Source: Ostreococcus lucimarinus
Lineage: Eukaryota
Direction: 5' to 3' (one strand)
Length of the DNA stretch: 64,000 bases
Assembly: GCA_000092065.1 (NCBI GenBank)
Contig: CP000587.1
A program made the translations under genes and the position numbers. Below, in pieces: positions 41,378 to 52,402 of this stretch. Under the pieces are notes generated by a model. It saw nothing but the letters and a program-made list of their open reading frames with translations. It had not been told where the DNA came from and did no database searches. Position 1 is the stretch's first letter. The number at the start of each line of letters is the position of its first letter.

Positions 41378-42907
41378 ATGGCGACGGCGTCGACGACGCG
41401 GACGCGCGCGACGCGGCGCGCGCCCTGGACGACGACGCTCGCGTGCGTCGCGGTCGCGGTCGCGCGCGCGGCGCGCGCGCGAGCGGCGACGGGACGATCG
41501 CTGGCGATCGCGATGCGACGGCGGACGACGACCGCGACGGCGGGACGGCGACTGTCGCGGGCGGACGCGATCGAGATTCGGTCGTACGGCGCGCGCCTGG
41601 GGAATGGATACGGCTCCGGGCACGAGTTTTCGCTGACGGTGACGCTGCCGGGCGCGCAAAGTTTTGACCTCATCGTCGACACCGGGTCGCCGCTCACGTA
41701 TTTTCCGTGCGTCGGGTGCGACGCGGAGTTGTGCGGGTATCACGAGCATCAATACTACGATTGGCGGTTGTCGAACGATTTTCGGCTGTTGAACGCGTCG
41801 ATGAACGCCGCGGATGCCGCGTTTTGCGACGCGATGCCCGTCGCGCACAACGTCAGCGCCGACGGCGAGTGTTTATTCGGGCTGGGGTACCTGGACGGTG
41901 CGCGAGGAGGCGGGTCCATGATCGAAGATGTGGTCAGCGTCGGGGATGAATTGTCCCCGGCCAAGATGATTTTCGGGTGCGGTGGTGTCGTAGAAGCTGA
42001 TGGGGGGTTTGATCGACAAGACGGCATGGCTGGTTTCAGTCGAGGTAACACCGCGTTTCACACGCAGTTGGCGAAAGCCGGAGTTATCAACGCGCACGTT
42101 TTTGGATTCTGTTCAGAGGGAAGCGGCACGGATACGGCGATGTTATCGCTCGGTCGGTATGATTTCGGTCGAGATCTTGCGCCTCTATCGTATACACGGA
42201 TACTTGGGGCTGATGATCTCGCCGTTCGCACGATGTCGTGGAAACTCGGCGAAGCCATCATCGCGAGCTCGTCGAACGTCTACACCGTTCTTGATAGCGG
42301 CACCACGCTTGTTCTTCTACCCCCCGCTATGCGAGATGATTTTATCACAAAGTTAGTGGCACAAATGGCGGCTACCCATCCAGAACTTGAACTTTTTGAC
42401 GACGAAGATTTGGGGCAAATGTGTTTCTCCTCTGCCACGCCGGTGCTGACGGCGAAGCTTCGCGACGAGTGGTTTCCAAAACTAGCCATCACGTACGACC
42501 CAGATATCACGTTGATCCTTCCATCAGAGAACTACTTGAACAGTCATTTATACATACCACACACTTACTGCTTGGGAATCGACGAATCAGATGACGGGAC
42601 GATTTTACTCGGCCAACAAGCGCTGAGAAACACGTTCATTGAATACGACCTTGAGAATGATCGCGTCGGTGTGGTCGTCGCGCAGTGCGAAAATCTCCGG
42701 AAGAAGTTCGCGCCTGATACTCCTCATAATCCATGGAGGTTTGTCGCCACCATTTTCATCTTGTTATTCACGGCATGCGTTGTTAGCGCGGTGTCGTTCT
42801 GTTTGTACGCCAAGTTTGGGGGGCAAAAGCCGTTCAAGTACCGAGTGTTCCAAGTCTCCGATATACTCGATGAAGAGATAGAGATGGGTAACGTAGTGGA
42901 CACGTAA
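41378..42907 (+). CDS. Pepsin-like (A1) aspartic protease with a signal peptide and a C-terminal TM anchor
   Basis: Catalytic motifs LIVDTGSPLTYFPC and VLDSGTTLVLLP are present. There is a C-terminal hydrophobic helix (FVATIFILLFTACVVSAVSFCLYA). The start is chosen at the ATG at 41378 (MATASTT, signal-like). The upstream in-frame ORF is GC-rich low-complexity sequence. Confidence 0.85.
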   Translation: MATASTTRTRATRRAPWTTTLACVAVAVARAARARAATGRSLAIAMRRRTTTATAGRRLSRADAIEIRSYGARLGNGYGSGHEFSLTVTLPGAQSFDLIVDTGSPLTYFPCVGCDAELCGYHEHQYYDWRLSNDFRLLNASMNAADAAFCDAMPVAHNVSADGECLFGLGYLDGARGGGSMIEDVVSVGDELSPAKMIFGCGGVVEADGGFDRQDGMAGFSRGNTAFHTQLAKAGVINAHVFGFCSEGSGTDTAMLSLGRYDFGRDLAPLSYTRILGADDLAVRTMSWKLGEAIIASSSNVYTVLDSGTTLVLLPPAMRDDFITKLVAQMAATHPELELFDDEDLGQMCFSSATPVLTAKLRDEWFPKLAITYDPDITLILPSENYLNSHLYIPHTYCLGIDESDDGTILLGQQALRNTFIEYDLENDRVGVVVAQCENLRKKFAPDTPHNPWRFVATIFILLFTACVVSAVSFCLYAKFGGQKPFKYRVFQVSDILDEEIEMGNVVDT

Positions 42908-43062
42908 TATGTCACTTTAGTTAGCGCATACTTACCGCAGTAATAATGAACCGCCGCGTTCTCTCGAAAGCTATTCATCGCCTCTAGTCTCGAGAACTGA
43001 TCACGACAGAACGCGAGCGTAGCTAGGATGAATAGAAATTTATTACACGCGGTGACGTTGGT

Positions 43063-46029
43063 TTACTTTGGCGATAAAGCGGCGGTGACTGTGGTGAGAG
43101 CTTCGTCTAAGGCGGCGTCGAGTTGCGTGGCGTCGCGACCGCCGGCTTGGGCAAATCCCGGTTTCCCACCGCCGCCGCCGCCGCACTTCTTCGCCGCGGC
43201 GCCAAGGACTTGACCGGCTTTAAGACCGCCATCCTTTTGAACTTTGTCGTCAAACAGGGCGACGAGACCGACATTTGCACCATTTGCACTGCCGAGCACG
43301 ATGGCGGCGCCGTCACCGAGCTGCGCCGCGAGGTTTTCGGCGGCGACTTTGAGCGCGGCGGGATCGACGCCGTCGAGACGCGCCACGAGCACCTTCGCCT
43401 CGCCAACTTCGCGAGCTTGAGACACCAAAGCACCAGCCTTGGCGACGGCTAATTCCCCTCTCAGAGACTCTGCGAGCTTCTGCGTCGCGCGCAAGTCTTC
43501 TTGCAAACTCGACACGCGACCCGTGATTTCCTCCGGCGGCACGCGCAATGCGCTGGCGAGCTGCTTCACCACGGCGTCGCGTTGCTGCAAAAGCTCAACC
43601 ACGCCCGCACCCGCGACAGCTTCGATGCGTCGGATGCCGCTCGCGATGCCAGCTTCGCTCAATATTTTGAAGCCTCCGATTTCAGCTGTGTTAGACACGT
43701 GCGTGCCACCGCAAAGTTCCATGGAGATGCCCGGCACGTCGACGACGCGCACGACGTCACCGTACTTTTCGCCAAACATCATCGTCGCTCCTTTGTCCTT
43801 TGCGGCGGCGATGGGCATCTCTTCCGCGGTCAAAGCCGCGCTTTGCGAAATCCATCCGTTAACTAAGTTTTCGACCTCCAAAAGTTGAGCCTCGGTCGGC
43901 GCCTTGGGAGAATTGAAATCAAATCGAAGGCGGTCGAAACCGCACAGCGAACCGGCTTGGGAGACGTCTTCTCCGAGAACCTTCTTGAGCGCGGATTGAA
44001 GCAAGTGCGTGGCGGTGTGATTGCTCTTCGCGCGTCGGCGAGAGTTTTCGTCCACGTTCGCGGTTACCTGGCTGCCCTTCTTGATCGAGCCCTTCGTCAC
44101 GGTGGCCGTGTGTACGATGATGCGACCGCCGCCGGCCTTTTGCACATCCGACACCTCCAGCGTCGCGCCGTCGGCGGTGTGAAGCACGCCGTTATCACCC
44201 ACTTGACCACCACTTTCGGCGTAGAACGGCGTGACATCTAAGACTATATCCACTTTGGCACCCTCCGGCGCTTCCTCCACGGATTCTCCCCCGCAAACGA
44301 TGGCCAACACGTTGGAAACATCGCTCGACGTGCTTTCATACCCAATGAAGGTGCTCTTCGCCCCGAGCTCATCCGCGACTCGCGCCAACGCATTCCCAGC
44401 GGTGACGTCTACAGTTTGATGTGCGGCTTGACTCATCGAACGCTGCTCGGCCATCGCACTCTCAAAACCTTCCAAGTCCACCGTGATACCAGCTTCAGTG
44501 GCGACATCCGCGGTGATGTCAAGCGGGAAGCCATACGTATCGTACAGCGTAAAGGCATCCTTGCCGCTCAACCCCGTCTTTGTCTTCTTCGCCGTCTCGA
44601 TGAGCTCAGCGAGCATCTCTTCGCCACGACCGAGTGTCTTCTGGAAGCTCAATTCCTCGCGCTCGAGCTCGGCGAGAATGCGCGCCGAGTTCTTAGCGAC
44701 TTGCGGATCGCAACCTTCCGACATGGAAATCGCGACTTCGGCGATGGCCGGCGTGAACGCGCTCGCCCCTTCTTCGGGCTTGATCCCGAGCAAACGCCCG
44801 TTTCGCACAACTCGGCGAAGCAATCGTCTAACGATGTACCCACGCCCGATATTCGAGGCGAAAACGCCGTCGGAAATCATGTAACTCACCGCTCGCGTGT
44901 GGTCGCCGATGACTTTGAGCTGCTGCTTTTGCACGTCGTTGCACGCGTTGTAATCGATCCCAGCCATCGACGCCGCTTTATTAATGATGGGCATTATCAA
45001 ATCTGTTTCGTAATTGTTCGGCACGCCTTGAAGAATCTGCGCCATGCGCTCGAGACCCATGCCGGTGTCGATATTCTTATTCTTCAACGGCGTCACGCCG
45101 CCGTCGGCGTCGCGATTGAGTTCCATGAAGACCAAGTTGTAAAACTCGATGAATCGTGAATCATCATCCAAATCCGCACCCTCGAGCCCACGTTCTGGGT
45201 AAAAATCGTAGTACAGCTCCGAGCACGGCCCACACGGGCCCGTGGGACCGGCGGCCCAAAAGTTATCCTTCTCGTCCATGCGCTTAATGCGAGACTCGGG
45301 AACGCCCACGACGTCGCGCCAAATCGCAAACGCCTCGTCATCCTCGCGAAACACGCTCACCCAAACCCGCTCGGGGTTCAACCCAAACTCCCCAGTCGCC
45401 AACTCCCACGCCCACTGGCACGCGTCCTTCTTAAAATAATCCCCGAAACTGAAATTCCCCAACATTTCAAAAAACGTATGATGCCTCGCCGTGACGCCGA
45501 CGTTTTCAATGTCATTCGTCCGCACGCACTTTTGCGTCGTCGTCGCCCTCTCGTGCGCGCGCTCCCGCTGTCCCATGAACACCGGTTTGAATTGCAACAT
45601 TCCCGCAATCGTGAGCAACACCGTGGGATCCTCCGGGACTAACGAACTCGACGGCAGCACCGCGTGTCCGCGCGTCTCGTAAAATTTCAGAAACCTCTGT
45701 CGAATCGCCGCGCCGGAGTTATCCTTCCCTCGCGCGTTCGGGTTCGCGTTCGTCAACCGTTCGCGCTCGGTCGCCGCGCTCATGACGCGCACGGCGATCC
45801 CGCGTCCGTTGGCGCGTTGCGAGCGCGCGCGATGGATCGACGGCGACGCGACGGCGCTCGACGTCGTCGCGAACGCGGGTCGACCGAGCGTCATGGCGAC
45901 GAGGGATCGTCCGATGCGGCTCGGTGCGGCCGCGCCGAGGGACGCCGGGGGGGCGGAAGACGTCGCGCGAGTGCGGGTGACGCGCGTGATCGCCACCGCG
46001 GAGTCTCGGAGCAGGCCGAGACGCGTCAT
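43063..46029 (-). CDS. AARS: Alanyl-tRNA synthetase (class II), probably organelle dual-targeted
   Basis: The hallmark AlaRS motif HTFFEMLGNFSFGDYFK is present, with the editing and C-Ala domains and a C-terminal GGGG-K motif. The N-terminus looks like a presequence. The start at 46029 (MTRLGLLR) is chosen to avoid overlap with the upstream gene. Confidence 0.92.
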   Translation of the reverse strand: MTRLGLLRDSAVAITRVTRTRATSSAPPASLGAAAPSRIGRSLVAMTLGRPAFATTSSAVASPSIHRARSQRANGRGIAVRVMSAATERERLTNANPNARGKDNSGAAIRQRFLKFYETRGHAVLPSSSLVPEDPTVLLTIAGMLQFKPVFMGQRERAHERATTTQKCVRTNDIENVGVTARHHTFFEMLGNFSFGDYFKKDACQWAWELATGEFGLNPERVWVSVFREDDEAFAIWRDVVGVPESRIKRMDEKDNFWAAGPTGPCGPCSELYYDFYPERGLEGADLDDDSRFIEFYNLVFMELNRDADGGVTPLKNKNIDTGMGLERMAQILQGVPNNYETDLIMPIINKAASMAGIDYNACNDVQKQQLKVIGDHTRAVSYMISDGVFASNIGRGYIVRRLLRRVVRNGRLLGIKPEEGASAFTPAIAEVAISMSEGCDPQVAKNSARILAELEREELSFQKTLGRGEEMLAELIETAKKTKTGLSGKDAFTLYDTYGFPLDITADVATEAGITVDLEGFESAMAEQRSMSQAAHQTVDVTAGNALARVADELGAKSTFIGYESTSSDVSNVLAIVCGGESVEEAPEGAKVDIVLDVTPFYAESGGQVGDNGVLHTADGATLEVSDVQKAGGGRIIVHTATVTKGSIKKGSQVTANVDENSRRRAKSNHTATHLLQSALKKVLGEDVSQAGSLCGFDRLRFDFNSPKAPTEAQLLEVENLVNGWISQSAALTAEEMPIAAAKDKGATMMFGEKYGDVVRVVDVPGISMELCGGTHVSNTAEIGGFKILSEAGIASGIRRIEAVAGAGVVELLQQRDAVVKQLASALRVPPEEITGRVSSLQEDLRATQKLAESLRGELAVAKAGALVSQAREVGEAKVLVARLDGVDPAALKVAAENLAAQLGDGAAIVLGSANGANVGLVALFDDKVQKDGGLKAGQVLGAAAKKCGGGGGGKPGFAQAGGRDATQLDAALDEALTTVTAALSPK

Positions 46030-46136
46030 GGTGTGCGAACGCGCGCGATGACGTGTGCGCTTTATGCGAAGGTTTTGGGACGAGGGACGACGCTCGTCGC
46101 GATTGGTCGACGTGAAATCGATTGCAATACGGCTAG

Positions 46137-47300
46137 TTAATCTGAGAAGTGCGCGATGATGAGCTGTTTTAAAGTCTTCATTCTCTCCACGATCGCGGGA
46201 CTCATCATCGCCGCCGCGTCGCCGCGTAAATTCTTCTTGCCGGCGCTCTGGTGGAAATTCTCCACGATGACGTCGATGAGCTTGAGCAGGGCGGCGGGCT
46301 CGCACCAGAGTAAATCGGTGTTCGAGCCGATTTCCTCGAGCTCGGGACCGGGAGTGAAGGCTTCTTCTAACGCATTTCTTTGATCCTGGGGATCCTCTAA
46401 GGATAGAATGTACTTTAAGATGCGGACTTCCTTCGGTTGCTGGCGAGACGTCGTGTCCTTCATCTTGAAGTACAGGTGCGCCATGACGTCTTTGACTTCC
46501 TCGCTCGTGTACGGGCTCTCCTTCACGCTCATGTGTGCCTTAGAAGCGGTGAGGATTAAGGCGGGCGAAATTTGATTCGCCATCGCCAACTCATCGATTT
46601 TCGCATCCATGGCATCTAAAGAATCACACTGTAAAATATCTTGCAGCGTCTGCGTCGCCTCTTCGATCACCGCTTGGTCCTTCGAAGCCTCATCGTAGGC
46701 CTCACACAAACTCAGCAACAGCGCCGCATCCTTCGCCATCGACTCTTTCGCGTTGTCATCTTCACCTTGCGCCACGGCTTCCAGCTTAAACGTCAAATAC
46801 GTAAAGAATTCTGGCGAAAACTCCGCGCGTCTCGTCGCCACGAACCCTTCCCACATGTCCACCTCCTTCGCCCGCACTTCTTCTAACAGCGCGTGATACC
46901 CATCGACGCGCTCATCCAGCGCCATGAGTTTCCTTCGCAATTTACTCAATCGCATCTCATCGTCCGGATCCTCGCACTGCTGTGCGCGCGTTTTCACGCG
47001 TTCGAACAACCCGTCCCGAAGCTCGCGCCACTTGCCCGAAAACGCCAAGAGCCCAATCCAATCCTTCTCCTCTCTCTTATCGAACACGTCCGTGAGTTTG
47101 TCGTACATCGCGGGCGAGCGGTCGATGATTTGCTCGTTTTCGCCGTAGTATCGCTCGGGCTTGGCGCGAGGCGCGCGAGGCGTCGCGCGGCGACCGCGGT
47201 GAAGCGGCGGCGGCGGTCGGCGCGTCGTGGACGAAGACGTCGACTGCGGCGCGAGAGAGGCGCGCGCATCGCGCGTGAGCGAGGTGGACATCGCGCGCAT
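46137..47300 (-). CDS. Conserved hypothetical protein (transit-peptide-like N-terminus)
   Basis: A 387-aa ORF from the ATG at 47300. It has normal amino-acid complexity and no recognisable domain. The track start at 47453 is TTG. Confidence 0.45.
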   Translation of the reverse strand: MRAMSTSLTRDARASLAPQSTSSSTTRRPPPPLHRGRRATPRAPRAKPERYYGENEQIIDRSPAMYDKLTDVFDKREEKDWIGLLAFSGKWRELRDGLFERVKTRAQQCEDPDDEMRLSKLRRKLMALDERVDGYHALLEEVRAKEVDMWEGFVATRRAEFSPEFFTYLTFKLEAVAQGEDDNAKESMAKDAALLLSLCEAYDEASKDQAVIEEATQTLQDILQCDSLDAMDAKIDELAMANQISPALILTASKAHMSVKESPYTSEEVKDVMAHLYFKMKDTTSRQQPKEVRILKYILSLEDPQDQRNALEEAFTPGPELEEIGSNTDLLWCEPAALLKLIDVIVENFHQSAGKKNLRGDAAAMMSPAIVERMKTLKQLIIAHFSD

Positions 47301-47468
47301 GGAGCGCGCGCGCGTGTAGGGGCGTGCGCGGGCGCGGTGGGCGTCTGCGACGCGCGGTGATGTGACGTCCCGAGGCGCGCGGGCGCTCGAGCGCGCCGGT
47401 TCGACGAATGTCCGTCGAGCGCGTGGAAAAGTCATCGAAGATATCGCTATCAAATCACAAGAATCGAA

Positions 47469-48287
47469 TCATAAATAATGCGCGCGATTACCCGAGCGCT
47501 GCTCGGCCGCGCGCCGCGCGGCGTACCTGGCGCCGACGGAATTTTTCCGATGATGCCACTGGAGCGCGAGAGGCAGCGCGCGCGTGAACAAAACGTAAAT
47601 CAAACCCACGCCGCCTCCTGCGAGCATGGCGACGCGTCCCGCATCTATTTTCGAACCTTTGGAAGCTTTACGCGATTTCTTGCCGCGCTTCTTCGACGGT
47701 TTCGACGTTTTCGCCTTGTCGGCCGATCCGCTTCGCCGCGCCGCGCGTTCGCTCGACTTGGCCGCCGCACCATCGAAACACCATCGCTCGCCCGGGGCGA
47801 CGTAATCCCATCCCGCGGCTTCACACATCTCTTTTCCCTTATCCCTCACGTCCCCGATCCACTCCGACAGTTTGGTGCAGATCGTATCGCTCGGTCGACA
47901 CGGCACCAACCGCCGCGACCCGTCCTCCGCGAAGAACTCATCCGCGCACGCCCTGTACACCCCATCGCACGCCGCCGCGCACACCGGCACGCCTTCGCTC
48001 ACCCCTACTCTCGCATCGCACACGCTGCACTCCAGCGCGCCCCACGCGTCTCGGCATCGCTCGCCGAACCCGTTCAGCTGCATGTGCACCGCGCGCACGC
48101 GCGCCGCGTCCGTCTGTTCCTTCCCGCAGCACGTCGACCCGCGATGGGCGTCGCAGAACGTCATCCCCGACCCCTTCGCGGGTTTTTGTCCGTGACGCGC
48201 GAACGGGGCGTGGCGCTCCTTGCTCGCGCACGTCGCGCCGTCCGCGGCGCTCGCGGTTTTCGCCGTCAGCATCACCAACGAAGCCAT
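47469..48287 (-). CDS. Cysteine-rich secreted or membrane-anchored protein (signal peptide, about 16 Cys, K-rich linker, C-terminal TM)
   Basis: N-terminus MASLVMLTAKTASAADGATCA. Spaced cysteines occur (CDAHRGSTCCGKEQ..C..C..C...CAAACDGVYRAC...). The C-terminal helix is VAMLAGGGVGLIYVLF. It may have a folate-receptor-like fold. That is a guess. Confidence 0.4.
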   Translation of the reverse strand: MASLVMLTAKTASAADGATCASKERHAPFARHGQKPAKGSGMTFCDAHRGSTCCGKEQTDAARVRAVHMQLNGFGERCRDAWGALECSVCDARVGVSEGVPVCAAACDGVYRACADEFFAEDGSRRLVPCRPSDTICTKLSEWIGDVRDKGKEMCEAAGWDYVAPGERWCFDGAAAKSSERAARRSGSADKAKTSKPSKKRGKKSRKASKGSKIDAGRVAMLAGGGVGLIYVLFTRALPLALQWHHRKNSVGARYAARRAAEQRSGNRAHYL

Positions 48288-48607
48288 CGCGATCGCGACG
48301 CGCGCGCGCGGCGAGGCTCGACGCGCGCGCGAGGCGCGCATCGCGCGCGAGACGCGCGCGCGTCGACGCGCGCGCGCGCGAGACCGCGCGTCACGACGCG
48401 ACGCGCGCGCGGCGTCGGTGAGTGCGGTCGGACCGACGCGCGGCACACGAGCGCGCGCGCGCGAACGACGGCGTCGCGCGCGGTCGCGAGCGCGCGAACG
48501 CGCGGACGCGAACGCGCGCGAACGCGCGGCGGGCGCGAAGGGCGCGCGCGCGGTCGCGCGCGCGACGGGGAGACGCGAAGGGGGACGACGTCACGAAGGC
48601 GAGGAAG

Positions 48608-49378
48608 ATGCGCGCGGTCGACGCGCGCGCGGTGACGACGACGAAGGCGACGACGACGCGCGAGCGCGCGTCACGCGCGTCGCGCGCGTGGTCGACGCGA
48701 GGGAGGGCGACGAAACCGGCGCGGGACGAGAGAGGAGGGAGGCGAGGACGCGGCGGCGCGCTCGAGGCGGCGGCGGAACGCGCGGAGCGAAGCGAAAACG
48801 AAATCTTTAGCGTCGCTCGAGCGCCGGCGTGCGAACTGCTGTCGAATGAGAATGGGGCGTACACGGTGCGGGGGGAGATGACGCTGCGCGGCGTCGCGGC
48901 GTCGAGCGTGTATAATCTATTGACGGATTACGAGGCTTCGCCGCGGGCGTTTCGAGCGGTGCGGAGCGTGAGGGTGATCGAGTGCGAGGGTGATGCGTGC
49001 GTGGCGAGTAATATTTACATCGAGCAGGAGTGTGAATGGAAGTTTTTTGTTTTCGGAGGGGCGTTTCCGTGCGCGTTTGAGGTTGAGGAACGCGACGAAG
49101 AGATGAAGATGAAGTGTTCGCTCGCGCGGGGTCGGCGAGGCACGGGGTTTTTAAAACAGTTTGAGGGGTCGTGGTCGGTGGAGAATACGAGCGAAGGGGT
49201 GCTAATCGAACACACCCTGATGGTGAAGCCGAAACTGACCCCGCCGTACGCGAGTAAAATTTTTGTACAGCAAGTGGAGCAGATTCTCGAAGACGTGGTG
49301 AACGAAATCGAGACGTGGAACGGCGTCGTCTACGGCAAGCCTCCGCATCGCCAGGGCGTGGACGCCTCGATTATTTAA
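48608..49378 (+). CDS. SRPBCC (START/polyketide-cyclase-like) domain protein
   Basis: The C-terminal 200 aa (YTVRGEMTLRGVAASSVYNLLTDYEASPRAFRAVRSV...FLKQFEGSWSVENTSEGVLIEHTLMVKP) fit the Bet v1/SRPBCC fold pattern. The start is taken at the ATG at 48608. Confidence 0.5.
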   Translation: MRAVDARAVTTTKATTTRERASRASRAWSTRGRATKPARDERGGRRGRGGALEAAAERAERSENEIFSVARAPACELLSNENGAYTVRGEMTLRGVAASSVYNLLTDYEASPRAFRAVRSVRVIECEGDACVASNIYIEQECEWKFFVFGGAFPCAFEVEERDEEMKMKCSLARGRRGTGFLKQFEGSWSVENTSEGVLIEHTLMVKPKLTPPYASKIFVQQVEQILEDVVNEIETWNGVVYGKPPHRQGVDASII

Positions 49379-49520
49379 TATTTAATATTCTTGAGTGTTT
49401 GTATCGTTAGTTTCGTCGTCATTGTTTGCTAGAACAATTTATATGTAATTTTTGAGTGCAGCTATACTCTGAGCATCTGGAGCTGGTGTCGTTTACAAGT
49501 ACAGTGCGCGGGGACGGAAT

Positions 49521-51424
49521 CTAAGCGGCGGACGTCAGCACTTCGCTCGCGAAGTACCGCACATCCGCATCGGGGTCGCTTTGAAGACCGACTAGAATAG
49601 GTCTGATTTCGCTCTGGAATTTTGCCACATCAATCGCCTTGATGAGCGGAGAGAGCGCCTTGGCGGCGTTGAAGCGCACGTTGGGCACGGTGTCCGTCGT
49701 AGCATGCTTGATGATTGGCAAGATTTCCCCAAGAATCACTTCTTCGCCGACCGCTGGGGCGAGAAGCGACACCGCTCGTAACACAGTCAAGCGATAGAGG
49801 TAGTGGTGTGACGACATGAGTTCCTTGATGCGTGGAAAAATGTATTCGAGCGCCCAGTCGGCTCCGAAAATCTCCGTCAAGCGGAACAAGTTATTCGCCG
49901 CAGCTTCGCGAATGGAATAAACTGAGTCTTGCAACCATTGCAGACAGAGCGAGTTTAGTAAATCATCACCGCTGTCTGATCCTTCGTCCTTTTGGAACAA
50001 GAAGGTCGTGCCGATCTGTTGCGCTAACACCGGAATGTATTCGATGATAGCTAATCGAACTCGCCAGTGCTTGTCTTCTGCTAATTCTTTGATCGCCGGA
50101 AGAAGCTCAGTAGAAAGCATCTCCACCCCGATTACCGTGTTCACTTGCTCGAGTTTGCTGATGATGTTCAGTCGCACATCCGGAAACTCATCCTTGAGCA
50201 AAATGAAAAACACCGGGAGCAGCTTTTCCACCGTCGTGTCTTTACCCATGGTTGGGGCCAAACCCAATACAGCCTCCGCAAGCGCGGCTCGCACGTGCTG
50301 AGACGAATCATTCGCCAGTTCGTGTACTTTCGGTAAGATCTTTTCCGCGGAGTACACCGCACCCGCGAGTGAGCAAAACTCTGAAATCTTACCGGCGGCG
50401 GAAATTCTAACTTCTCCCTCTGAGTCGCCGAGCAAGGCTACGTACGCGTCAAATAATCCCTTTGCCGCAACCTCTGCGCCTACTACGTCGCACATCTCAT
50501 ATATTTGCTGCGCCACCGCGTATCGAACGCGCCAACTCTTGTCGGCGGCGAGCTTGAGCACTATAGGGACGATCTTGTTCGCACAATCCGTCGCAGAGAG
50601 CAACTTGCCTAAAACCACGCAGTCCTCGACGACGAGCAACCGAACCGAATCTTGATCATCACTCGTGAGCGCCGCGAACATCGTCAGCAACTCGTTCACG
50701 ATGAAATCTCCCGAGCTCACTATGGCAATTTTTCCCAAGTTCTGCGCCGCCGCGCGTCGAACCATGGGCGTCTCGTCGGCGCACAAATCTCTAAACATCC
50801 CGGTCAACGTGTTACGCAACTCCAACTGCGACTCCTCCGAGCGTTCAAACGCGGTCGCGAACAACCCACACGCGCTCACTCGCGCCGTAAACCAATCACC
50901 TTGCGCTAATCTTTCGATCAAAGGCACAAAATATTTCCCAATCCCTCCCGGCGTCATCGCTCGACCCACCGCGCACGCCGTCTCCACCGCCTTGGCCCGC
51001 ACCACCGTCTCCTCTACCGTTATCAGCGTCTCCAACGGCGCCAGGATCACGTGCACGTGTTCCTCCCCGCCGACCGCATCGATCAACGTCGCCAATTCTC
51101 CCGCGATCGCCAGCAGGCACTCATCATCCTCGTCGTCCCGCTCCGCCAAAAACGGCACGAGTTCGCTCCGCGCCCGCTCCGCCCCCAGCGCCTTGGCGAT
51201 CGTCCCCAGCTTCGCGATCGACTTCAATCGCAGCTCCACGTCCTCGCTCTGCGTCGAGCGCGACGAAACGCGTCCTCACCATCGTCAGTCCTCGCGCGCT
51301 TGCCCCGCGCCGCATCGCCGCGTCACCGCGCCGCACTTTAAATCAAATCATCGCCTCGTCCCGATCGCGCGCGCGCCCTCGCGTTATCGCCGCCCGCGCT
51401 CGCGTTCGCGCACCTTGAGGTCAT
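49521..51424 (-). CDS. PP2AA: PP2A scaffold (A/PR65) subunit, HEAT repeats; proposed join(49521..51246,51414..51424)
   Basis: Matches PR65 throughout ([19 protein letters not shown]...[14 protein letters not shown]...). The main ORF has no in-frame ATG at its 5' end. The track's M is GTG. An 11-nt micro-exon ATGACCTCAAG at 51424..51414 is followed by a GTGCGCG donor, a GGACTGACG branch at about 51278, and a CAGAG acceptor. Joined, this gives [11 protein letters not shown] in frame. The exon 1 placement is inferred. Confidence 0.85.
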
Positions 51425-51591
51425 CGATCAGCGCCCCGACGGAGATGGCGTCGTCCTCTTCCGCGTGCGCGGTCGTGGACGGCGCGTCGTGCGACATCGT
51501 GCGAGCGTCGCGCGTCGTCGTGTGCGTCGCGCGACCGCCGATCGGTCGATCGGCACTTCACCGCGCGCGCTCGCGGTCGTCGCGCCGCGCG

Positions 51592-52070
51592 ATGAATCAA
51601 CCGAGCCGCGCCGATCGGTTCGTCCTGCCCGAGGGCGAGCGCAAGCTGTCGTACGAGCGCGACACCAAGGTGGAGAACGCGGGGACGTTCGTGCTGCAGC
51701 GCGAGGACCACACGATTGGAAATTTGTTGCGAATGTGCGTGCGAGCGCGCGCGCGAAGCGAAAGACGCGGCGGGATGACGCGCGAATCGCGCGCGAAATG
51801 ACGCGCGGGATGATGCGAGCGCGAACGACTGACGATGACGACGACGGACGGCGCGAGAACTGTAGGGAGCTGCACAAGAACCCCGACGTGGTGTTCGCCG
51901 GGTACAAGAACCCTCACCCGACGGATCATAGAATCGTGCTCAAGGTGCACACGAACGCGAATACGACGCCGGTGCAGGCGCTGAGGGATGCGGTGACTAA
52001 TTTGCGAGCGGAGGTGGGCGATTTGTCGCAACAGTTTGCGGATGAGATTAACGCGCTTCGACGCGAATAA
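51592..52070 (+). CDS. RPB11: RNA polymerase II subunit RPB11 (POLR2J-like), two exons: join(51592..51734,51866..52070)
   Basis: The spliced 115-aa product ([48 protein letters not shown]|[30 protein letters not shown]...) aligns to POLR2J over its full length. The intron at 51735..51865 is 131 nt. It starts GTGCGTG, has a CGACTGACG branch, and ends TGTAG. It splits a Met codon (AT|G). Confidence 0.88.
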
Positions 52071-52172
52071 GATTTGGTCGCGACGTCGCGAAAGCGTTTT
52101 GTAAATAGATTTTAGAGTCAAAGAAAGAGTCGGATTACAACATTATTACTCCACCATCGTATTGGTGGATGT

Positions 52173-52173
52173 G

Positions 52174-52205
<32 letters not shown>

Positions 52206-52206
52206 T
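52173..52206. repeat. (TGCG)n microsatellite, about 9 units, in the convergent 3' intergenic region
   Basis: The run gtgcgtgcgtgcgtgcgtgcgtgcgtgcgtgcgtc is directly visible. Confidence 0.85.
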
Positions 52207-52380
52207 CAATTCGTAAATAGTTGAAAAGTACATAGAAAACAGGAGCGACCAGCGTCTTGTCGTCGCCAAATATACATGTAAATCACGCCGCGTTCCGGTG
52301 AATCCGCGGCGACCTTATTATTCGTTATCATACTTGTTTTGATCGTCATACTTTGTTCGACGACGTTTTCTTCCGAAAAC

Positions 52381-52402
52381 ATCAATCAATCAATCAATCA
52401 AT
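52381..52402. repeat. (ATCA)n microsatellite, about 5-6 units
   Basis: The run atcaatcaatcaatcaatcaatt is directly visible. Confidence 0.8.

Noticed and set aside
51208-51252. PP2A-A start modelled as ATG directly followed by a 31-nt intron (ATG|GTGAGG...CAG|AGC)
   Set aside because: It is in frame, but 31 nt is below the size of every other intron here (96-203 nt). It also lacks the GACTGAC branch motif and the GTGCGYG donor. The 11-nt micro-exon model at 51414..51424 fits the local intron grammar better.
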